Shown here one piece after another: positions 1 through 11,118 of a stretch of DNA of 38,835 nt (its first letter is position 1; each line of letters starts with the position of its first letter). The notes beneath the pieces were generated by a model. It worked only from the letters and a program-made list of their open reading frames with translations. It searched no databases and was not told the DNA's origin. Both the position numbers and the translations under genes were made by a program. Origin of the DNA: Geosiphon pyriformis uo1 (lineage: Eukaryota > Fungi > Glomeromycota); NCBI GenBank assembly GCA_016748015.1, contig JAAOMT010000454.1, positions 5,441-44,275 of the forward strand, given 5' to 3'.

Positions 1-362
1 GAAATTACATTTAACAAAAATTTCTCATTACTTATGTAAATAAAAGCAAAGAAAAATTACAAACACTAGCAGAAACACTAAGAAAAATACAATCACCTAC
101 TTGGAAGAAACCAAAAGTTGTCTCTCTTATACACCTATCATACTATTATATTTCAAGAAATATCATTAACATAATATTAGCAGGCATGTTCACATCAACT
201 GTAAAATCACTGATAGCTAAAATTCTATTTCAGAGTAAACTAAAAAAAGCAAAACTATTGGGAACCTATGACAAGTATTTTGAGGAATTTAATTTATGAC
301 TTACAATGTTATTAGAACATTGGTCACCATTATCACAACTGGATTTTGGAATTACCAGCCCT
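1..362 (+). mobile_element. Ty3/Gypsy LTR retrotransposon fragment (degenerate N-terminal extension of Gag)
   Basis: Co-linear similarity to ~36850-37205 (+) and ~15720-16060 (-). Shared peptides include KLQT.A, FQSK.KK.(K/E)LLG.Y..YFE.F and PDFG. Contains stops and runs off the window start. Confidence 0.85.
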
Positions 363-364
363 TA

Positions 365-1993
365 TTTCGGTTTTGTGGTAGGATACCCATGTCTGCCATT
401 CTTGGTAAGTCTAGATTTGTCAGGTTCCTTCCTTCACTCCGGCAATATGGCATTGTCTTTGTTAACCAACTCCGTGATCATTATAGTGCTGTGTTTGACT
501 GATACAAGTTCAAGTGGTAGAAGAGGTTGGACCCCTGTGGCCCGACTCCTGAATGGTTTATGCTTTCTGTCAAGTTCCTGTCTAGTGCGTCTTCTCCTCG
601 TGCCCCTTCTTCTGCTTTGGTTAATGTGGGTCCTTAGAGTATTTTCATTTCTCCTGGCTTTGTGTTAGTTTGTGATCGGCTTTCCCAAGTTCCTTCTAGT
701 AGCATTTCTGTTTATACGGATGGGTCTCTGACACACTTTGGTACCGAGAATTGTGTGGCTGGGACTGGAGTTTTTTTCAGTGACATTGATCTGGATTTGG
801 GTGTTGGAGTTTTGGGTCTGTTGTCTTTTATTTTGGTGGAAATGCAGGCTATTGTGCTGGCACTGGATTGTGTTCTCTGTTCTAGTTTTGTTCATCTGTT
901 CTCTGATAGTCAAGCCACTCTGGATGCCTGCAAGTCGGAATTGGGTTTGGTGCATCCGAATTTTCGCAATTGTTGTTGGGTCAAACACCAGCATATTGTA
1001 AATGTTATTCATGGCAAAAATTTGATGGTTGAATGGCACAAAGTGAAAAATCACTCTGGTGTGATTGAAAATGAACATGCTAATGCTATAGCTGGAACTT
1101 CTTCTTACTCGGGCTGGTTCTTTTCTTCTCATTTGCATGCGCGCTTCTTGTTGGCAGACGGTGGGACTGTTTTTGGCAATTCTAGACATTTTGTTCGCGA
1201 TATTTTTCGTTCCATCAGTTGTGCACACTGGGAGGTTGGTTCTGGTTCTAAATTTCTGCCAGCCAGTTTGTTCGCAGACATTAATTGGTCCTGCTCCTTA
1301 CTGGTATGGCATCTTGATTCACACATGGCTGCTGGCCACACTAGCAGGCCCACAGCAGATGCGCGCAGTTTTTTTATGAAGGCATTGCACCACCAGCTGC
1401 CTGTTACTGTTCATAAATGCCGATATAACAGAAGATACCCCAACGTATTGTGCTTATATTGTGGTGAGGTGGAGACATCAGATCATGCTTTCTCTTGCAA
1501 AGTTAATGACTCTGCGTGTCTTCAGATACTGGATACATGTTCAAGATTTTGGAGGGTGCTTTCTGGCCTGTCTCTCTCTTCTTCCTGCATGCTGCAATTG
1601 TTGTCTTCTTGTGCTTCTGATGTCTCTGTATTTACAGCTTTTTTTAAAGGGTTTGTTTTTAGTGAGTGGCTTCATGAAGCTGTCTCTGTTTTCAAATCTC
1701 ACAAGATTGCTAGTTCAAATATTGTTGAGTTTGTGCATTCCCTTAGTTTTGCTTTTAGGAATAATATTTGGTTGGTTCAGATTAGGCATCGTGTATTCAT
1801 GGAAAAAAATAATCTCATCCCACTTGATAATTCAGTTCCTGTCTTGGTTTCAGACTTGGCTTCTAGGTTTTTGGCTAGTGTCGTTAGGCTACTTGGTGTG
1901 GCTAAAGCTCTTGGCATTCATTTTGGCTTTCGTAAACAATGTTTTTTCTTTTCTGGTGCTGGCAATTCTGTTTTGGTATATATAACTGCGTAG
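365..1993 (+). pseudogene. LINE ORF2 C-terminal region: RNase HI domain and CCHC zinc knuckle
   Basis: One frame (ORFs 296..502 and 662..1993) with three stops before 662. RNase H motifs: VYTDGS, VEMQA, LFSDSQ, WHKVKNHSGVIENEHAN (last catalytic D appears mutated to N). Knuckle CLYCGEVETSDHAFSC. Stop TAG at 1991-1993. Confidence 0.9.
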
Positions 1994-2002
1994 TGTTGTC
2001 CT

Positions 2003-2041
2003 GATCAGCCTGAGTGGCTGGTCGCATGTAGAAAGAGCATG
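2003..2041 (+). promoter_or_regulatory. LINE 3'-UTR tandem hairpin, copy 1
   Basis: GATCAGCC-TGAGT-GGCTGGTC (8-bp stem), then CATGT-AGAAAGA-GCATG (5-bp stem). Homologues at 4417, 5700, 8370(-) and 11242(-). Confidence 0.75.
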
Positions 2042-2284
2042 ATTCATACTTAATTTATGTCAATTCTTTGATGTATAGCTTTAGGTAGTGTTAAGATCTC
2101 ATTCATAAAACGTAATAAAAAAAAAAAAAAAAAAAAGTTGCAAAAAGTTATAATATTAATTAAAAATAAAAAATTTAAATAAACAATAATTTTAAAAAAC
2201 AAAAAATATATTTAAATTAAGTTATAATTTTTAAAAAAGTAATTATTTTGGTTTTAAAATATTTTTTTTAATTAATAAAAATTA

Positions 2285-4549
2285 TATGCTTTTTGTTTTT
2301 TTAATTTTATGATTATAATCAGAGCAAAAAGTAAAAAAGCTGTACCCAATATCTTTTTTAAAATATCTAATAAGATTTTAACCAAAAAAGCTCTCTTTAT
2401 TATAAAAGCAATTAAGCAGAATGTTTTAAAAGTCTTTCTCTTACTTAGTAATCATAAAAAGCTGTTTTTAGTAGCTACTAAAGCAATTTTTTTATCTTTG
2501 GCTGGTTTTTTATCAGTCAAAGTTCTTTCAAAGAGACACACTTGGATTAGTTTTAGTATTGTCTTTACTCTAACTAAGAGCCTAAAAGTTTTTAATAATA
2601 GACCAGTAAATAAACTGGTCTTCCTCTTTATAACTTCAATATCTGATGTCTCTAGTATCATTTTTTCAAGAAAAATAATTAAAAAAACCAAAAGTTCAAA
2701 AAAGTGGAAACAGTCACTTGTCTTTGCTATTGTTATACCAAACCTCTTTGTGGTTTTTAATGAGATCTTAGATGAAATCTCTGCTTTATTATCCAGCATG
2801 TTATCCAAAACAGGCCAAAATCAATTACTGACTATATTGTCAAATGTGATGTCTTTTAGCAAATCATTGTCAATTTTAAAAGCAAAGCAATTATCTTCTG
2901 TAATATTATCTGTTCTTGAAAATTGGGCTAATCAGATGGAAATTAATTTATCTCCTTTGGTTTCTGATACTGCTGTTAGTAGTGTTTAAGAAACTATTAC
3001 TAATTATTAAAGATTTGTTGGGTGAGTGGCCTCCACTCTAGTTCCTGATGCTACTTTTAAGATCAAATTGGCTCATGTTAAGGCTGTTTTTTAGTTTGTA
3101 TATGGTTTTTTGAATTCAAAGTCAGTATTAAAAAACAATATAAAGCTTTTCTGTATGGAGTTTGCTTCTTAAAAGTCTTTAGAAACTGCATTTTTGGTTG
3201 AGTTTACAAGCTTTATTCATTTGGTCACTCTTAAAATTACCAAGTTTTTGGTAGTTTCTGAGTTTGGTTTCCCTTTTGCTGCTGTTGTGCTGTATAATAT
3301 GCCTTTAAGTATGTCTGCTGCTAATATTAAGACAGTTTTAAGTATGTTTGGTAATGTTTTCTGTATTGTACTAAAGCCTGCTGGTGTTTGGTAATATGTA
3401 ATTGTTTATTTTCGATTCTACTGTGTTTGTTTTGAATTATTGGTTAGCTTTGGTAGATAAAAATAGTGTTAGGATTTCCCTCTTAATAAATCAAAATAAG
3501 ACTATTCTGTTTTATGATAAGTTTAAGGCCAAGTTGGTCAAACTTTCTTCTAGTTATACAGTTTTTAAAATTAGTAATATAATTTTTCAAGTTGGTGGTC
3601 AGACATGTTTTATTTCTTACTTTTCTGATTCTGGTTGTCATTTTAAGTTTGCTTTGATAATATTGGATGTTATGATTTTTAAGATTAATATATTAAGAAA
3701 GTGTTATATTTGATAGAAAACTCCTAGAAATTGGCACTGCTTTTGGTGCCAAGATTTGAACCATTTAGTTTTGAATTGCAAAGTATCTTTATTTTCTTTT
3801 CTTATGACTTCTAAGATATTTAAACTGCATTTAATCAGTTTTCTATTATATGCTAAAGCCTTTGTTCCTCTGGTTTTTTCTGAATTTTTCTCTTTGGTAG
3901 CTCTTATCTCTTCTTCTGTAATTGTTGAAAATTCTTTAATAACTTTTTGGCTTGTGTTTCTGAAATCTAATTTGGCCAAGTTGTTAGCTTTAGTTAAGTT
4001 TATTATTAAATCTGTTGGTGGTTTGGTGACTGCTTTTGAACAATTTATTAAGAGTGATTTTATGTTAAGCAACTATTTAAAAACAAAGTTAATAAGCTTA
4101 TGATATATTTGAGTACTTTTAGCAATTTGTTAGTAAGTTGAAAAAAATAATAATAGTGTTAAAATCTGAATACAGCATGAAAAATATTGATTTATCTAAT
4201 GATTCTAAAGTTTTAATTGAAGTAAGTAATAAAGTATTTAGTAAATTAATAGCATTTTAGAAATTTGAATCTCTTGATGTTAGGTTTAATTCTTTGAAAA
4301 CAGCTGAGTGGCTTATTGGATTGGTTTTTAGTAGTCTTATTTTATTTAATATAGTTTAAAAGATGTTTTCTTTGAGTAAGTTTTTTTCTAAAATAGCATT
4401 AATATAATATAATCTGAACTGGCTCAAGTAGTTAGTTACATGTAGAAAATGTGTGAACCCTATTTAGCCCTAAAATACTTAGTTTGCTTTTAATTTCTAA
4501 ATAAGAGTTAAGTCTTACTTATTAAAAGCATAATATATATATATATATA
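2285..4549 (+). mobile_element. ORF1-only non-autonomous non-LTR element (HAL1-like), apparently near full length
   Basis: Degenerate ~700-codon ORF1-type frame followed directly by a LINE-type 3' UTR (4408-4530) and a (TA)n tail (~4534-4549). Possible degenerate TSD TAATAAAAATTA at 2273-2284 and 4558-4569. The 5' boundary is tentative. Confidence 0.75.
2309..4407 (+). pseudogene. LINE ORF1-like nucleic-acid-binding protein (RRM-like region, CCHC knuckle, coiled-coil-like C-terminus)
   Basis: Pieces in ORFs 2309..2989, 3194..3394, 3402..3713 and 3756..4103. RRM-like segment LYNMPLSMSAANIKTVLSMFGNV. Knuckle CFWCQDLNHLVLNC (CX2CX4HX4C) at ~3738-3779. Ends ...KMFSLSKFFSKIALI* at 4405-4407. Confidence 0.78.
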
Positions 4550-4879
4550 GTTAAGACTAATAAAAATTAAACAATATAATAACAAAAAAATAAATTTAAA
4601 ACTGTGTTATTTATTTTGTTTATGTATATAATTGTTTATAATTTTAAAAATCCTTTAAATAAATCTAAAAAAATTTATATTATAAATTATATATATTATT
4701 ATTATTAATATAATATAAAATATAATTATTTATTTTAAAAATAAAAAAATTTTGAATTAAATTTATTATATTATTTGTGTTTTTAGTAAAAATTAATTTT
4801 TAATGAATTAAATTAAATTTAGTTAAAGATTTTTTAATAAATTCTAAAAATATATGTTTTTTAAAATTAATTAGTCTTA

Positions 4880-5330
4880 TTTTATTAATTTTTATGTCAA
4901 AAAAAATGTTTTTATCTTCTATATAATTATTTTTAATAGTAAATTATAAATTTAAATAGTTGTTTTTGGCCAAATTTTTGGTTATAATATATTTTATTTA
5001 ATGTTTTTTTAATTTATTTCTTTATTAATAAATAAATTTTTTAAAATATATTAAGCTTTTGTTTAATTAAATCTTATTAATATTTTTTAAGTTAGATATT
5101 ATATTTTTATTTGTTGTTTTTTTTCAGTTTACAGCTTTTTTTAATCTTAATTTTTAATTTTAATATGATTTTAGACAATATTTTTAAGAAAACTATTAAT
5201 ATATTGTTTATAAACTTTGGTATTTCTGTTTTTATAATATTTAAGTTAAAATATTTTAAAGCTAAATTAACTAAACTTTCAGATTTTTAATATTGTGTTA
5301 TTAAAATTTAATAAAATATTCTTAAAAATA
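4880..5330 (+). pseudogene. Very degraded possible LINE ORF1 fragment
   Basis: Residual FKLKYFKAKLTKLS resembles the post-knuckle 'LKSNLAKLL' segment of the ORF1 at ~3950-3985. Very weak, AT-saturated signal. Confidence 0.3.
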
Positions 5331-5620
5331 AGTTATAAATACTCTTTTTTTAATAATTAATTTAATTTAAAAAATTATTATATGCAATATTAAAAATATA
5401 AAAAATATTGTTAAGTAAATTAATATTAATAAATAATATAAAAATAATTAAAATTTAATTATTATAAATTTAAAGACTAAATTAAATTTTAAATTATAAA
5501 TAAATTTAAAAAAATTAAAGTTTTTGTTTTAATTTAAATTTTAGTTATTTAAAATTTAGTATTATAATTATTGTAAACAATAATTTAATTAAATATATAT
5601 ATAAGATTTTAAAAATAAAT

Positions 5621-5820
5621 TGGCTCAAGGATTAATTATTTGTTTTTTGCCAGTATAGTTAGAAATATTTTAGTTAATATAGTTACATAGTATTGTTTTG
5701 ATTGGCTAAGTGGCTGGTTATATATAGCAAATATGTGAATCCTATTTAATTTAGAACTTTAGATAGTTGTATTATATTAGATAGTAATTGGGTTTCACTC
5801 ATAAAATAAAAATAAATAAA
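5621..5820 (+). mobile_element. Short 5'-truncated LINE 3' end
   Basis: Last ~22 codons of ORF2 (GSRINYLFFASIVRNILVNIVT*, stop 5688-5690) align with the LINE-A C-terminus. Hairpin UTR from 5700 and A-rich tail from ~5801. Confidence 0.75.
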
Positions 5821-6405
5821 TTAATAAATTAATTAATAATTGCTATTTAAATATAAATTTTTTGTTATTGTTTTAAGATTAAATATTAATATTTTTTTAA
5901 ATATATAATTGGCTTAGATAAATAAATTTTTTTTGTTATTTTAGATGACAATTTTAATAAAAATAAATTTAAAAAAGTATTGATTTTATAATAAATAATA
6001 TTACTTATAAAGTAATATAAAAAAAATAATACAGTCAAATCTTCATAAAAAAACTCTTGATAAAAGAACAACTTTTTACAAAAAACATTTTTTTATACAA
6101 CTAATTGATTAATTAACAATTTTTTTTTTATATAAGAATAATCTATAAAAAAACAAGAACATAATTTTATTCAAAATTTATTTAAAATTTATTTTTATAT
6201 AAGAACAAATATTATGTACTAAATGTTAATTAATAATTAGAAATGTATTGAATTGATTTTATTCTAACTTTTTTAAATTGATTTACTTTTTTTGATCTTA
6301 TCTGTTTTCATGTATAGTTACTTAGTCCTTATTTAGATTTGCTAAAACCAAATCTAATATTATTATTATAGGCATATTTTCTAACAGATTTACTAAATTA
6401 TCACA

Positions 6406-8090
6406 ATGTTAAAATCTTTATTTAAAAAATAAAAATAAGCAGCAGTTATAATGATATTTTTTATAAAAAAATTTGTCAATATTCCAAAAATTATTATGGC
6501 ATAAAACATGATAATATTGTAGTTTATTTCAATTATAAATATCCAAAAAGCATGCAAAGTAGTTGAATATTGAAATTAATGAAATCTTAGAAAGATTTAT
6601 TTGACACAAAAACATTAAATTCTATTATTAAACCAAGTTTTAAGTTATTAAGTAGAACAAATAACTGCAGCTACTATTAAATTCAATAATCAACTAATTA
6701 AAAAAAAAGAAAAAAAATTTGTTAAACTTCTTGGTATACACAAAAATAAAATACAATTTTTAAATTAATAGATTCAAAAATTCAAAAAAAAACCAGTTAT
6801 GTATTTACCAATTTTATGATAAAGCAGAAAGTATATCAATTAAAAGTTTATTAGAAGAACAAAAAAAATTAACAATCATTATATCTGAATTTGATTTTGC
6901 TGACATATATAATACTGATAAAACAGAATTATTTTTTTGTATAAAACCAAATCAAATACTTATAAAATATTAAAATACAGGAAAAAAATTGGTATATTAT
7001 ATTTACTAATTGTTATCATTATATATTATTGTTATTAAATTAATTGGGTTTTTTATAGAATAAATCTTGGATTACAATTTTTTTTGCTACAAATTCAACT
7101 GGATCTCATAAATTACAATCTTTAGTAATTGAATATGCAAAAAATTCAAAAAGAAATTAATACTTTTAATCCATCTGTAATTTACAAATTCAATTTCAAA
7201 GTATGGATGTGCTCAAATATATGGAAAGCATGACTTAAATATATAAATAAAAGCTTTTGAATTCAAAATTAGCATATATTACTTTTAGTTAATAATATAA
7301 TTTCACATTATACTTAAATTAGAAAAGATTTATTCCAATTGACCAATATTACTTTGCACTATTTTTTTTCAAATACTATATTACATCTTTAACTAATAGA
7401 TGTTAAAATTATCAAATCTTTAAAAAACAAATATAAGCACTTATATTGTCAACATATTTTATATCAATTTGAACAAAAAATTAATATTAAACAGTTAAGT
7501 AATATAATATATACAATATTATTATCATTATATATTATATAATTTTATCTAATATTAATTTATTTTTTAGAAATAAATTAAACATAAAACAAGCAATTGA
7601 TTATGTTGTTCAATCATGGTTTTAAGTAATACCTGTTACAATTCAAAACTGTTGACAAAAAACAGATATTTTTTTCTATAATCAAGAATTAGAAATTTAA
7701 GAATTCAAAAAATCAATTGCTATGAATATATTTAACAATTTACTATCAAATGCACAACAATTGGTCAAAAATTTCGAAGATTATACTATAGCAGTTGATA
7801 AATTATTGACAACTGAAAATTTTCTTGATGATAATAAAATTGTAGATATGGTTTTAGCTGATGTTCAAATTAAAACCAATACAATTAATAACTCGAAAAA
7901 AGAATTAGAAAAATTTTCATCTGCTATAATTACAATTACAGAAGTATATAAAGCATTAAAAAAGATAATTAGATTTAAAGAGCAATTAACAGAAGAAAAT
8001 TTTAGTATAAAAAACCAAAATTTACTTAGAAAAAATTATATAAATATGAAAAATAAAAAAAAATTCTAAAAAACAGTTAACAATTAATTA
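6406..8090 (+). pseudogene. CENP-B/Tigger-like DDD transposase with two putative spliceosomal introns (6992-7058, 7499-7570)
   Basis: Motifs IYNTDKTELFF (NxDETGLF), NKSWITIFFATNSTGSHKL, LLLVNNIISH (LLxDN..H), L*LIDVKII (LQPxDxGII) and TIQNC*QKT. Two AT-rich GT..AG segments interrupt otherwise contiguous transposase motifs. Confidence 0.8.
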
Positions 8091-8094
8091 ATAT

Positions 8095-8118
8095 AATAAT
8101 AATAATAATAATAATAAT
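8095..8118 (+). repeat. (AAT)n microsatellite
   Basis: About 8 tandem AAT units, seen directly. Confidence 0.85.
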
Positions 8119-8243
8119 TAATTGATTTAATAAATAAATATTGTTTATTTAATAATAATTATAAAACTTTATAATAAAACACTTCTAAAATAGAACATAA
8201 TTTACATGTCCTAATTGTGTTTTTTTATAAAGATCCAATTGTA

Positions 8244-10771
8244 TTTTTTTTTTATTTACAATTTAATGAGTGTAGCCCAATCACTACCTAATATACAGAG
8301 TCAAAACTATGAACTCCAGCTATATGTGATTCATGTGCTTACTACATGTGACCAGTCACTTGGACTAATCAAAGTAACACTATGCACTTATATGAATAGA
8401 CACCATGTTAAACAAACTGAAAAAAAACAAATAAGCTCTATGAAAACCAAAACTCACTCCAAAAGAATTATCAATACCAATCAACCTAACTATGCCATCT
8501 GACAAACCTCGCTCTAAGCCATAATGAACCAATGACAACACCCCTGAGTTACCAACCAAAATGTTTCTTTCCATGTTAGCCCTGAATCTGGACCTGAACC
8601 CTTACAACTCAGAATAGTAACTTGTACCCACACTTCACACAAAGTCAACCAGAACCTGGGTAGTCTCTTTGTAATTCACAAAAATCTGCACAGCTTCCTT
8701 AAACCATTCTGTCAGCACAAAGCTTTTATAAAGAAGAGCATACAAGCTGACATCAGACATACATGAGAGAAGAGAATCTAAGACCACAAAAGAAGCTAGA
8801 AGACAAAAACCAGCCAAAAACCTCCAAGTTAATACACACTTAAATAGAATCTCCTTACAGGAGATGGATTTCTTGCCACAGGTAAACATGTAATCAGAAA
8901 ACTCAACTTCTCCACATTGTAAACACAAAACTTCAGGGTAGTTTTTGTTATAAAGCCTCTTTTTAATCATGACAAGTAGTCTGCCATATACCACTTTTAT
9001 GAAATAAGAGTGCAAACCAGCCAAATGTCTACTCATAGAACCTGAAAACATACCTGAATCTGGATGCCAGACAGTCATGATTCAAACCTAGTTAACGTCA
9101 CAAATCAAAAAACCACTCAAAATCTTAGAACCAAAATCAACTTCTCAGTGCATGCAATTCATAAATCTAAAAATGTTCCGAACAAAGTGTCAAACGTTGC
9201 CAGAAATCAGCATGCTATTGGTCATTAAAAAGTGTTTATGTATATTAATCAGCAAAAACAGAGAGAAATGAGCAGAAATGCTCGCCAATACATCTGCATG
9301 AACATTACTCAGCACACTGAAGTGTTCTTTGACCTTTAACCAGCTCATAGAAATGTCTTTTTGAACAATTAAATTCGCAATATGTCTTCTCTTCATTCAA
9401 CAACAATTATGAAAATTAGGGCCATCTGATCTTGATTCTGAAACACATGTATCTAAGACAGCTTGGCTGTCCAAGCACACCTCTACTGAACAAAAGAAAG
9501 GTACACACTCCAGCACCAAGGCAACAGTCTGCAACTCAGCCATTGTAGAAGACAATAGACCTATAACTCTAACCCCAATGCCCAACCCAATCTTAGAAAA
9601 AAACATCGCAATACTTCCAGCCACATCAACAGAGCCAAACTTCTTCAAAGAGCCATCTGTGAAAACAGAAATAGAATCTGACCAGACCTCAAGCAAACTA
9701 TTTTTAACAGCAGAAAACTGATCCAAAAGCAAAACATCATTGACATCCACCAAAAAATTGCTATTGAACAGAGTTAACAAAAAAACCTTATCATGCAAGA
9801 ATCTTGACACCAATATAAACCAAAAAGGCACAAGTCCCCTGAGATCCAGTCTCTTCCAATGACAGAATGTTTACTAATTCAGGACTTTATCTTGTTTATC
9901 TAAAAGTCTATCACAGAAAGCTACACTAAATCTTTTTAAAGAACTAACTTGATCATAGTACAAAAAAGGCCCTAAAACACCAAAGACAGGATATTTGCCA
10001 GGACTAAGAAAAGCATTAAGCAAATTATTCATCATAAAAATCTTATTGATTAAAAAAATACACACTATCCCAGCCAGAAAGTTGTTAGAAAGACCAACAC
10101 GCAGCCTTACAGAGAATTGCAGAGAATTAAGAGGGGTCCAGCCCAAAATCTGCAAATCCAGAAAGTGGTACTTAAAAAACTGACCAACAATTCCAGAAGA
10201 ATTAGAAAAACTCATGACAGAAGAAGACTTCCATTTAGCTTGAACTTGTTTAAACATTTTCAGACCATAAAGTAAAGGATAATAGAGCACCTCATTCAAA
10301 AAATCTTAAGACAAACCAGCCTTTGACTTGAAGCCTTTTCTAACCAGACCATTCCAACACTAACAAACAGCAGAAGACACAAAACTAAATTGTGTACAAT
10401 AGTTAACAATAGGCTGAAGTACAGCTAACACCAAATACATGAATTGTTTGTCTGAAATAGCTTTATATAGCATCATATTTGAAAAGAATTTGACATCAGA
10501 CTGAGCTTTAGCCAGGCTGGGCTTGGACAAACCATCAGTTAACAAAAATATACCCAAATACCTATGAGGCACACCATGTTTAGCAATTAAAATAAACAAC
10601 CCACTGATTTTGAAAACAGCATTTCAAACTCTTTGGTTAATAAGAATGGCTACTGTTTTGTCATTATTAATTAAAATATTATTAATTGCAAAGAACTTAC
10701 TAGCAATGTCCAATATAAATTGTGTAGCAGCCTGATTACTCCCAATCCAGATAGTATCATCAACAAAAGCT
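8244..10771 (-). mobile_element. 5'-truncated LINE (LINE-B) with RT C-terminal half, RNase H and CCHC; poly(A) tail and 7-8 bp TSD
   Basis: The minus strand starts at AFVDDTIWIG (RT catalytic motif). It contains VFTDGS RNase H and a degenerate knuckle CLQCGEVEFSDYMFTC, with stop at 8380-8382. T-tract at 8244-8253. TSD AATTGTA(T) at 8237-8244 and 10772-10779. Confidence 0.9.
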
Positions 10772-11118
10772 AATTGTATATAATATAAATAACAAATCAA
10801 ATATTAAAAGTTAGCAAATAATATAATATTAAAATTTTAAAAAACCAAAAAAAATTTTAAAAATATTAGAAATTTTAATAATAATTTAATAATATATAAA
10901 AATTACTAAAAATTTTAAATTTTTGTATTATAAAAATTTATATTATAATAGTAATTTTAAAAACAAAAAAAAACATTAAATTATTAATTTATTTAATTTA
11001 AAAGTTAATAAATTTAGTATTTAAAACAAAGTTTTTATTTAATAAAAACACAATTATTATTTATAATTAAATTATTTATTAAAATTGTATATATATGTAA
11101 ATTATTTTATTAATAATT

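Larger units (their letters stand above)
363..2136 (+). mobile_element. 5'-truncated non-LTR retrotransposon (LINE-A) with RNase H and C-terminal CCHC knuckle
   Basis: ORF2 3' part, then a ~120-nt 3' UTR, AATAAA at 2114-2119 and a 20-nt A run at 2117-2136. It is the GC-richest, least eroded element in the window. No TSD found. Confidence 0.92.
6032..8241 (+). mobile_element. pogo/Tigger-family (Tc1/mariner superfamily) DNA transposon, pogo-1
   Basis: Left TIR CAGTCAAATCTTCATAAAAAAAC; right TIR (rc) CAATTGGATCTTTATAAAAAAAC, differing only by transitions. TA flanks at 6030-6031 and 8242-8243. Internal transposase remnant. Confidence 0.85.

Noticed and set aside
665-1985. Overlapping and antisense ORFs (665..1228-, 738..1001+, 1129..1353-, 1137..1379+, 1461..1985+)
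   Set aside because: Shadow frames of LINE ORF2 with no recognisable motifs.
2001-2045. Hammerhead ribozyme in the LINE 3' UTR (CTGA..., GAAA)
   Set aside because: No CUGANGA core, GAAA lies in a hairpin loop and is not conserved (AGTAAG, AGCAAA in other copies), and the topology does not fit.
5703-5743. tRNA-derived SINE or Pol III promoter (TGGCTAAGTGG resembles an A box)
   Set aside because: No GTTCRA B box at a suitable distance and no cloverleaf; it is the LINE 3'-UTR hairpin following an ORF stop.
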